From Catajapyx aquilonaris (lineage: Eukaryota), in assembly GCA_000934665.2 (NCBI GenBank), contig KZ538021.1, forward strand, positions 1 to 64,000: 64,000 nucleotides of DNA. Reading direction: 5' to 3'. Made by a program: the position numbers and the translations under genes. The notes under the pieces were generated by a model. That model saw only the letters and a list, made by a program, of their open reading frames with translations, made no database searches and was not told the DNA's origin. Each line of letters opens with the position of its first letter. Position 1 is the first letter of the stretch. This document shows positions 53,129-64,000 of this stretch, piece by piece.

Positions 53129-56100
53129 TAGATGTTTATTTATCTGAATAAAAAATATTAATTATATGTCCTTCCTATTGAAGAAAGCGCTCTGTCGCTT
53201 ACTGGTAGTGATAGTGTTACATAAGCATGAAAGTGAATTAACTGAGGATTAGGCTCCTCTCTTCTTCAGCATCCTCCCCTTCTCTCTCGGTTACTCCACA
53301 GGAGCTTGTTTACCCCCTCAACGGTTTCCTATCGAGCCCAGCCGATACTTGGGTCCCCCAATAAATATTTCAAGGTAGTCAAACACGTCAGTTTTCTCAT
53401 TTAAATGCAAAGGAGGCGTGTTTCGAGGAAGGTGGTGGTGTCGGCCCTGCTGGGCTAGAAGGGGAGGTGGGGATAGGCAGGGAGGGGGGCACACCACATA
53501 TACTATACACTGAAGGTATTGGGGGGCGAGAGGAATCAGTTTATGACCATTGCACCTATTGCCATTCCCAAGATAACAGACCCGCTCTCGCATGTCCTGT
53601 AATGTTGCTAATCATCTTTGGCTTTACGATTCCCGGCCACTAATTATCTCCCAGGTACAAGTCCTCTCAGGTATAAAGCTGCAAGGGTGACACAGTGATG
53701 TATATAGTGGTCATCAGTTCGATTCCCAGACGGAACCGATCATTAATAAAGGGTAACAGTAGTATTTAAAAATACTACAAAATGAACTATACCCTGTGTG
53801 TGTCGTTTCTCAAAAATGTCTAATACAAGTATTCAAATCACTTCTCTACAAAACCTGGTCCGCGAATAATTTATAGACCCCGCCCAGTTAATAGTTTCAA
53901 CGTCCGTCGCATTCAGGTCTCCCTAATTATCATGTATCTTATTAATTTGGAAGATGTACTGTACACGACATGCCCTTAACGCAGTCTCGCCCGAAGCCCG
54001 ATCAGAGGCCTTCGGAATGGCTCCTAATAACCGTAATGGCTGTTGCTTCATGGCCCAGCGGAATCTTTTTCTCTCTTCTCGGGCCGCGCACACAACATAA
54101 ACCAACTAACAGGAGCTCCAGGCTAACTCGGAGGATAAAAAGGCAGCACGAGGAGTTGTCGGTTTTACATCATACCTGCAGGCCCAAATTGTTTCCCCCT
54201 CCAGCAACCGGACGATTGTTGCAAAACTGGCTGCTGAAGTAAACAATCCAATGGACTTGGAGCAACACTGTACATTAGATCCAAAGTGCCCAATTATAAG
54301 AGAGGCTAATGAATATTTACGCACCGAATGACGCAAGATGCCCTAGCAATTAATTTGCTTATTACATAAGTTTATGGCCCTCAAATTTTTTTCTCGGCGA
54401 GTTCAACCTACTTCAGTAGGGCTGCAACTATACAGTGAAAGCTGGTGGGTCCTAACATATAGAGGCGAAAACTCTCCCAAAACTGCAGGGGGGTTCTCTC
54501 TCTCTGGCTATATTCTCTCTAGGGTGTTGTCTCCTCCTCCGATTGATGAAGCCATGTGTGGCAACGGCGCTTCCTCCATATAATTTTCGCGGCATTTTCG
54601 CCCCCCTCCCATCAGAGGACCCCCAACGCCATCATTATCACAACGAGTTCCCAGACCACGTTGCATACAAAACTCCTCGTCCCAGTTGCAGGAAACGTGT
54701 AATTATCCTCCGGCCATTATCTCGGGAGACCATACCCTGCATCTCTCCTTTGGCTTGTGGATGGTGGGAGGGTTAGGAGGGTTTCTTGTTCTAAGGGTTT
54801 GGGGTGGGTATATAGGGAGGGGAGAGGGAGGGGGAGGGGGAGAGATTTATCGCCAAAATTCTAGCCTCCGTTGCTTCTACAAACTGATGGCGTGATTGCT
54901 GGTCCTAACTGGTGCGCACTTCACCAAAGAGGGCCATTAATTGAGCGTGTCTCCAAATTAATGCGCTCAACTGAGAGCTATACTATTTAAAACTGTTACT
55001 TAGGCATAGTTTATCAAACTGTCCGGTTTTTGCAACTATTTAACTGCCCGTAAACGACCCGTTAAAAGATTGGAAATAAACGGGCGTTAATCCGCTAAAA
55101 TTATTAGGCGGATTGTTGACACATGTAACTATTTACCGTAAAACTCAATTTTTACCTTGTATATAAAGATGGTAAGTAGGTAAGTGTTTATTGCTAATGT
55201 ATTGTAATACAATATGTAGGATCACCATAATGGCATTGCGTGGCCAGTAAAAAAAATGAATTATCAGCACGGAATTCATTTTTACATCGTCATAACTCAG
55301 GATTCAGCTAATTACTGGGAATGTGTGTGTACACTTTTTTTTTTAATTTTTTCAAACAAAAAATAGGAGGTCGAATAACCAGTGCAGAGGGGGTAAAGCC
55401 TGATTTACAGACCTAATGAATTGCCAACATTCAATTTGCAGCCTACAGGATGTAGCTTTTTTGTTGCGTGCAAGAAAAGAGCGTATAACCCCCCCCCCCT
55501 TNCCCCCCCCCCCCTTTTCCTTCACAGTTTTTCCACCCCTGGGCCACAAGCCCCTAACAGAAAGAATTTTAAACATCGTATTAACATAGTTGTAAGCTGT
55601 CATGTCCAAATTATGATATTGATATAGACCCACATTAATAGAATTTGTGTACCGGATATATACGTATAGTACAAATCAACATAATGTTGCTGGGTGTTTG
55701 CCCTATACGCAGCAGCATTGCGATCAAAATACTTTTCAGATTCCGTTACATTAAGACACGAAATTACTGACATTTTGAAAGTATTTGGGTTGGAATGTTG
55801 TCACATACCACTTCAATTTTGATGGGGCTGGGAAGAATTTTTGGGTATCTCAGAAATGGTGCTTGTTTAGCTGTTACCTAGTAAGAATATTAAATCACTT
55901 GTTAGATTTGTTTTATCTGCAACATTTTATAGGGTTTGAACTCTGTGAGTTGATTCATTTAGTGGAATGTGAATGCTTTGTATATATTTTTAGGGGAAGG
56001 ATTTTTAGTTCCCTTTGGGCCAGAAGGTGCAGGTCAGGTAAAAATCGGACGCACGCGAGGCCCAGACCCCCACTATATACGTCATTAGCAGGTCTGCCCT

Positions 56101-59100
56101 GGCGCCGAATCTGGCCTAAAACGCCGAGTTTTCTCTCCCCCAGCAACTATGTCGACGGCAAAATGTTTTCCGTCACGCGACTCCTCTTTCTCTCTCCATA
56201 TACGCTGGTTTTACATGGGCCAAAGAGCCCTGGCATTAAAACAAACTCAGGCTCTCTTTTTGAAATTGCTCATGTGCCCTTCTCTCGCTCATTTCCTGGA
56301 TTTTATTGTCTTTTTGCAGGATGTCGGTGTGTGTAAATGTGGAATATGTGTAACGGCCCGTGCAGAAAATTTTTGCAGGAAATTTTATTGCTAATTGTGT
56401 AACATCCCACACTCATTTTTGTGCTTCTTTACAACATAGGATGTGTCAATAGCATGTTGTGTTATACCACAGGAAGGAATGTTGGCATTTTATTTGCTAT
56501 TTACAGTTCCAGTGTATATAAAAGTCGGTTCACATATTGGTGAGCTTTTGAAAGACACCTCACTTCATTTCCAAGCCTGATAAAATCGAAACCCCACTCT
56601 TGCGCCTTCATTTCCCCACAAAACGTTCGGTAATTAGGCGGCCATTAAGTACGGAATAGTTCCGGTGCAGGGTCATCAATTTATTGGTCAACCCCCAGCA
56701 GGAAGCGAATTTAATCGTCTGACTCATGGAAAATTAAATACTGCACGCTTCCGTTACCTTCAACTGCTATCATCATTAACATCCAGCGCAATAATGGGAG
56801 AGAAAATAATAGGCTGGCGCTACGAACGATTTCCGAACCATTTTATATACCCCTACAAAAAAACACTAACCATAAAATTAATCCCGAATGGACGTATAGT
56901 CGCAAAAATATTTAAAAGAAATTTCCCAAGCTTTAAATTTCACACCTCGTTTCATCTGACAGAATCCTGTCATGATTAGACCCATAAAATGTTGCTCAAA
57001 CCATTCTTTTTGTAATGTCCACTTTTCAATTCAGGAAAATTGGTGAAAGGGGGGGGGGGGGGTAGGAAGTACATCATATAAGAATATTAGAAAACGTGCG
57101 TGGCCTGGTAGAAAAGAAACCAGTAGTATAGCGGCTCATCCCCGCACCGATTGTGTCAAAATTTATTGATACGTGCCGGCCCTACTCTGTAATTATGCCC
57201 TAATTAAGCCTAATTATTAGATTTACATATAATGGCGCGCAGGGCTTCTTCGTTGGAGGTAAGGTCAAACGGACCTATTATTTCATCTTATACGAAAGGT
57301 GGGCTGGGAAGGTTGTGTGCATAAGAACGAGGCTGATTTTACGTGCCTGACATATTACAGATGCGCTTCGAAATTTTTTTCTTTTTAAGCGAAAGAAAAA
57401 AAAGAAGGTAGGTATAAGAACCCGTTGATCACCCAATTGCATGACCTGCTTACAATGTAATAATTAATTTACAGAGCCGTATTATATGGAGGAGGAAAAA
57501 GGCAGTCGTAATTTGAGGCCTCATTTATCGCGAAAGGGGAAGATAAAACCCATGATGCCAAACCTGTCCGAGTCTAATGAGGCTGCAGAAGCCTTTTATC
57601 TTCACGATCGGTGTCTCCAAGTTGGGAGCCGCCACTACATCTCCATCAATCGCTGCCTCCCCTTGTATCAAACAGATGGAGGATAATAAGCTCCTTGAGA
57701 TAAGATAAGTGAGAGAGAAGTTTTTAATAGGAATGCCTAAGCCCACAATGTGAGACATTCATGAGTTGTCGGTACGGGAAGGGACAAAAAGAACAGCAGC
57801 TTAAGGAGCGACAGTGCATGTTATAAAATCGTATATTGCTACCAAATGGTTCGATTAAAACTGTCAACAGTCGTGTATAACTACGACTAAATCCGGACGT
57901 GGAAAATCCTTGCTTACAAAAAAAAAAAAAAAAAAAACGATCGTAAACCACAGCAGCACTGAAATTCCTGTCGGCGAATTGTTAAATTTTTTTTGCGGTA
58001 CTGCCTGATAACGCTTCAACTAAATTGGCTTGTTTATCGCACAGAGAAGAGTTGGTTAGGGCGATTTACAGCGCTACTTTTTGCGCTCTGCGAAAGTGGT
58101 ACTAAATACTTCGATCTAAAACGATCCTTCCAAGATTCCAACTACTTAATAAAGGCCTCCACAATGACATTTTAAAGAGGAAGCAACCCCAAGCAGAAAC
58201 GTCGTAAGAGAGGAAACTATTCCAGCAGTTCATTATACTTCGCTGATGGTTGTAAATCCCCAGCTTTTTAAACCTGTTTCCTGGAAAATATAGTTTATTG
58301 GATCAACCCAACAAAAAAAAAACTGGGGCGATCATATCTCCTGGCCCATTCCTATATCTTTTGCAATAACTAACGCTTTATTGCATGAAATTAAATATAA
58401 TGATGGTAATAATCATTCTAGCGAAATGAATAATCGCTGGATCGAAAAGTTTGCTTGGAAGCCAACCAGGAAGATGTGTATCTTGCGGTCAAGAATATTT
58501 CCCTGCGTTACAGTGTTATAATTTGCAGAATTCATTTTTACACCAGACTTTTCATATGTAATGATCATGCCTATTTTAACACATGTTATTTTGAATACCA
58601 GTACAATTATGTATCCTGAGCCACAAATAACGTATAAACGAGCCCAATTAGAGAGTCCAGGTCCCCCCGAAAAAAAAGAGTATAACCTCCGGATGGTTTG
58701 CACATTTTATACGGTCACGAGGCGCACGCCGCAGGTGTGGCTCGATCAGTTTAACTTCGCAACGTCGGTCCGCATCATTTGCATTTAATTTGGGGTATGC
58801 CGTCCGCATATCGAAAATATCGATGGCATCGAATGAGAAGAGAGGACACACACACACACTTCATTAAAAAAAAAAAAATACAAGAACGAAAAGCTGGGCG
58901 AGAAGCCCTTGTAAAGTGCCATGGGTTTGGTTATTTTCTCCTGGGATGTTATGCGATGCCCCTACAACGGAACCGGTTTTTCCCCCCAGGGCCATAATAG
59001 GTGGTCAAAGCCCGTAAACGTACCCTCAAACTGACATAAAAATAATTAGAGCCATTTTGGAACGGGGCCCAAACCCCCCCTCTTGTCAAAGCCCACTATT

Positions 59101-59901
59101 TTGTGAACTTGTTAATTAAATGCTTCACTCCTATAATGACGGTAGTTGGGCAAATTCCACATATCCTTACAATAAATCAATAGGAGAGTCGGGGCTTAAT
59201 ACCACGGTGTTAATGAACGGGTTGGAGACCAAATAAGATGTTTTACGGGGGTGAAACGAATGGTTATAGATGGAGGGAATGGGGAGTGGCGGGGAGAAGG
59301 GTGGGGGAAAGATTTCTCATCAAACTATTGGAAGATTCTACGAGCACAAATTCTTTTTTTTTGTACATTGCATTTTTGGTAGTGACGTCAACCGTTGACG
59401 TCAAGATTCCGGCAACACATCGCACTTCAAAACTGACTACCTGTATAATTTTCAGGCAGGTGTTATCTACGTGCCAATACATAAATTATTCACTTAAATG
59501 GAAAAGGGCAAGCCCACATTTTCCCAACAAGCAAAAAGAGATCGGCCTGATCGCAGTTTGGTAGTGGAAGCGAAAAATTTCACCTTCCCTATCTTATCGT
59601 ACAATAACCAGACATGTATGAGCAAGACAATATAATTACGACTTGCTTGGTAAGATAGGGGGGGCAAAAAAAACACATCTCCTCTTAATGTGATAGCACA
59701 GGTCGAGTGCATCTAGCGGTACTCAAAAGGTGATGAGGACTAGGTGTGTTACACAGTTACATACAACAAGCCCCAAAAATCGCCTAATCATCCTTATGAA
59801 CAGGTATAATAATTATTCTCGCTCCCTGCTGTACTCATGAGGATAAGAAATTGGCGAAAAAACGGGTGGGTCTGGTACGCATCGCCTGTGCACAGCAGCA
59901 G

Positions 59902-59946
59902 CTGTCATTAACCTGTCATTAATTCTCCATTACTGATTAATGACAG
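59902..59946. promoter_or_regulatory. Homotypic cluster of three CTGTCATTAA sites (TALE plus homeodomain composite motif)
   Basis: CTGTCATTAA at 59902-59911 and 59913-59922, and inverted (TTAATGACAG) at 59937-59946. Confidence 0.4.
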
Positions 59947-62900
59947 CCGGTGCCATTGGGTGGGGAAAGTGACGTAAAGCAAGCAAGTGATAGAAGGATT
60001 AGGAGAAGCAGATGTAGGGAAATTAGCCCCCTGTAATCACTAGTCCAGCGAGAACAATCTCTAATAGTACGTCTGGAGAAGGTCCACTCCCTCGATTCCC
60101 TTGTGAGGCCGAAAAACCTATTAGGTCGAGAAAATTCAACATGATAGCTATTAGAGCAAAATAAATGAGACTTAAACACGGCCCTCCGGTTATAATCTGC
60201 TTAACTCGGCCGGCTAATCAGGATGGCATCGAACAGGTTCCGGGCAGCGGGGGCCAAATGCTTTTCATTATACGAGAAGCCTGCAATTATCAGATGACGG
60301 ACCCTGATCCTCAGACAACCATTCCCGAACCTGCACTACCTCTTTTTTTTATTTCACAAAACTTTTTTTTTGCCTACATCTCTCTTTCGTCTTCTTCATA
60401 CGCTTCGTGTGTTTTTTTTTTCGTCTTCTTTTCTCTCCTTCTTGGTGTTTTCCTCTTCTTCTTTTTTTTGTTGGCACCCAACAGGCCCGGGGTCATCCTA
60501 TGATTAGCAGGATAGGTGCCTGATTTAGGGCCTGCTTAAGGTATATGAAGCGCAGAGGTGGGGAATAAAATACTAACCAGATACGGCCATAAAAATATAT
60601 GGCCGGCTAAAAATGTACTAGGTCAGGTTTTGCACCCATTTCTTTGTCACGAAGAGAGATTTTGAATTACAAACTATTGTTTACTGCTCACCCAGCAGAG
60701 GCACTTGGATAATTTGACAGGGCCTTGCGGGTTATTCGGGATTGAATAAAAAATAGTTTATGCTTTAATGATATTTTTGTAGACTATAAGGCCAGTGAGT
60801 TTATACAACACATTAATGGCCGAATTTTATGAGAATATTTTATGACAACAGTGGAAAAGAAACGTGACTTCACTTCTGCGTACATTTTTGGATATAGCTC
60901 ATTTATAACAGCATAACCTGCAAGTAATGTACAGCTGTATTATCAGTTCAATTGCTATAACATTTCACCAAAATAATTGCCACGCACTGTACGTAGAGTG
61001 CAACCATTATGAACATGGGAACACTAGTCATTTGATGAATTGCCCAATATAATTTCAGGATTTTAAAGAGAATTAGGACACATTTGACACTAGTTGACTG
61101 GCGAACTGCACCCTATTTAATATCATTGCACTTGAAAGTGTCCCACTGAAAGCTATACATTAAATGACATGTGGAATTTACACTCTGATTTGTCATCAAT
61201 GTATTTATTTCGCAGCTTCTATCACATTGTCTGACTTTTTAGTATCCCTTTACAAATCCGGACTTCTCGACGCCCTGTTTCCAGATGAAAAATTGCCCCA
61301 AGGTTTATTGATCTAGAAATGAGTCAAGTTTTACAGCCTCCCTCCTTCCGATCTCCTCCCGTAATACGACTTGAACGATACATTTCCTGGATGAATCATT
61401 ACGTTTGCACTTTTCCCAGCATCCTATATATCCCCCTTCCCATCCTGGATCTCCCGCGGACATATAAAATGAAAGCGGGACCCGAAACCGTGTTACCCCC
61501 CACAGTCCCTCATGCACTTTTGGGCACCAGGAGAAAAAGAGTTGAAGTAAAAAAAAGAAGAAGAGGAAGGAACCGAGTGGAGACGCCATTAAGGAGACGG
61601 TGGCGGAGTAATAAATGATGTGATGATGGCAGGCGCAGGTAGGAAAGTGCGCCGTGACTAAATGCTGGGCCGTGGAGCTTGACACCCGCCCGTTGAGCGA
61701 TGGGTTTCTTTTCTGAAGAGAACGGGGTTGAAGTGTTTGGAACCATTCTCTGATGCACTGGAAAATAATGTGGAAGATTCACTGGATTGAACCCACACTG
61801 TTGGGTCACTCATGTTTTAGCGAAAAATGGAGGGTTGGAAGAATGTAAATATTCTTGTGGATTCCCCACCTGGAGGGTTTGTGTCTTGCTTACACGCAAC
61901 ATGTCTCACGAGAAACATGATCAACAACAAAATGTAATCCGGTAGAGAGAGAAATGAGCATTCCCCCCCTCCCCCCCTTTTGAAATATTCTGGAGGCTGG
62001 ATTTCACCTCCCATTCTACTGATTAATTCTGACGTTCCACTCACTTCTCCTTTTGCTTTCGATCTTGCGAGACTTATACACACACGGTAGATGAGGATGG
62101 GGAGGTCTAACTAGACCCTGATTAATGTTTGGAAGATGATTACATATGGCGTCTGGAATTCCATATTCGGAAAGCCTTTTTTGGGGGTCTGTTAATAATG
62201 CTGATGGATTATACAAGGTGCCTATTGGGCGTAGGATTCAATTTGTACGACATGTCTTCTTTGCGTAACGCAAGGAGCTAACAATGATTGCAAAACAACG
62301 TATTGGTATTGTTTGCAGCAAATGACGTCATTTTTCTGCTAAACACCTGGGACATACTCAGTGGTAATTAACCAGACTTGACATTACAAGGTGGTAACAT
62401 GCTATTGTCCTTCACTCTTTCGACTTTCTGGAGTAATGGTAATTGAAGCGCGTTTATGCGAGAAACCCCACGTGGCTCACACCTTCCGAGAAAACAGATG
62501 CCTTGGAGAACTCTTGGTATAAACGAGCGTAGTGAATGTCCGGCTCTCGAAGAAGGAGCAAATTACAGGTCAAAAGATGCGCGGATGGAATGTCTATTAC
62601 TTTCCTTCGCCTTGTCGCTGAGCGGCTTTTTCTTCTTCTTTTTGCCCCGAGGACTGGAAATTAACGTATAATTTTTAAACAGTAGGCGTGGCAAACGCAA
62701 CCATTAGCGGTCGTCTACTTTTCTTTTCTTTTCTTCCCCCTCTCCACCTCCCCTATTTTTTTAAAAAAACCTTCCCTATATAGGGCTCCTACTCTCTCTA
62801 TAGCTTCAGGGCAACCGCAAAAGCCCACTTATTTATCCCAAATTCGGGGTCAGGTTTCGCCTTACCTGCTCTTTTACCCAACTTTGGTCCCAAATTACTA

Positions 62901-63944
62901 CCTTAGACTCTCCCATCTTTTTGTCTTAAAAAATTTTCACCGTGCCGCTTCATTGGGACTTGTTTTAATAATCCGCAATTAACTGAAATGCGAGGAATTT
63001 GCTGGACCACTCGAAATGCACGTGACCAGTGTGTTGTCAAAACCATAATTTTTAAAGAGATATGAATGCCAATCGTATGGGCTGGGCTGCACGTACACCA
63101 AAATGCGCCGATATTTCATATTGTCATTATTTGACAAGTGACTTCGTGCTCATCTCGTGAGTAATTATTGCTTTGTTGTATAACCACAAGCGTTAGGGTC
63201 AAATATATTTTCTACATGCAATTAATTTATAAGGAGTCCCTTCCGATGAAGCCACAGATAACATGGTGTGAGACATGGTTAAATTTATATATAAAAAAAG
63301 TTGCATGCGAGCCATTCTGTTTTCACCCTCAGTCACACTCTGTTTAGTAATGCAAGCAATTAGAGGGCGCGAAACATGACATGGGGCAAATAGAAAGGAA
63401 AATTATGGACTCCAGTGGAATGCGAGGAGGCTTCACGGTCACTTACAGATTAGGATAAGGGAGGCATCCAAATAGTTAAGTTAGGAAGAAGACCTTTTCG
63501 TTTGGAAGAGACGAGATGAGAGCAAAAAAAGGGAACCAAAGCTTCATTTTCATAGCCCAGAGTTACGTGCACTTGGACGCCTTGTGACAGTCAGTTAAAT
63601 ATTTTTATTAGGCGTCATTACCGGGCTAAGTTATGAAGGAGAAGAGTCGTAAAATTCTTCCAGTTAGGGCTGGTGTTGGGTGGAGGCTGGCAGAGCTCGG
63701 ACTAATATTCGCCACGTTGCTGCAGAAAAGAATAAGTGAAGATATAAATGGCGAGAGAGCCTTTGCGTGGCGATAGATTTACTCAGCAAGGCAAAAGCCT
63801 AGAACCAAATTGGCGAACGGGAGCTGGTTCTGTGGGAGGGGACCGTCACGCAATGCGAGTTGGATTTTGCCACAAGCATATACAAGGCCAAGATTCCTTT
63901 AGAATCAGTGAGATGTGCGCAGACATACCGGACCAGGGGTGAAT

Positions 63945-64000
63945 TATACCGGGTGTCCCAAAAGTCACGCGCTGCCAGGAGTTATTGTACTTGCTTACCG
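63945..64000 (+). mobile_element. Left end of a Tc1/mariner-type element running off the window
   Basis: TATACCGGGTGTCCCAAAAGTCACG matches the TATAC(A/C)GGGTG terminal pattern also seen at 11051, 18756 and 39538. Confidence 0.4.

Noticed and set aside
53685..53737. tRNA/SINE-like A and B boxes (GGTGACACAGTGATG ... AGTTCGATTCCC)
   Set aside because: Both boxes are degenerate, the spacing is short, there is no cloverleaf and no second copy was seen. At most a SINE trace.
51090..55514. Long poly-G and poly-C tracts containing Ns (51102-51104, 55502) as G-quadruplex elements
   Set aside because: The Ns show assembly uncertainty at these homopolymers, so their lengths are unreliable.
14663..61643. 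Zelda-type CAGGTAG sites
   Set aside because: The handful seen are dispersed and about what chance predicts for a 7-mer in 64 kb.
1..64000. Conserved insect miRNAs or other known ncRNA genes
   Set aside because: None recognised by eye. This was not an exhaustive search, and an Rfam/miRBase scan is needed to exclude them.

Overview
Eukaryotic, most likely arthropod (insect-like), non-coding DNA. I find no intact protein-coding gene, rRNA, tRNA or CRISPR array. The longest ORF is 198 aa, and the only translation I recognise is a decayed mariner transposase (26192-26854, minus strand). The window reads as a very long intron or a cis-regulatory gene desert: blocks rich in TAAT/TTTATGG/TGACA motifs and homopolymer tracts alternate with AT-rich transposon debris. 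Supported by direct reading: (1) two copies of a foldback MITE with CAGGG termini and 7-bp TSDs (P-element/Galileo-like) at 6326-6686 and 8175-8507, the first nested in a pogo/Tigger-like end; (2) two TA-flanked foldback MITEs (2355-2493, 27422-27637) and a further TIR element (35638-35911); (3) two inverted copies of a ~215-bp non-autonomous Helitron (13811-14035, 16214-16427); (4) a ~110-bp dispersed repeat with a CTCF-like motif (20570-20678, 53013-53128); (5) (TG)22 and (ATT)23 microsatellites. The most interesting non-TE signal is a candidate recursive splice site (polypyrimidine-CAG|GTAAGG at 6140/6141) followed by a 66-nt cryptic exon ending at a consensus GTAAGT donor. I cannot support a claim of a wholly new biological system. 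Family assignments come from visual pattern recognition and were not checked against any database.
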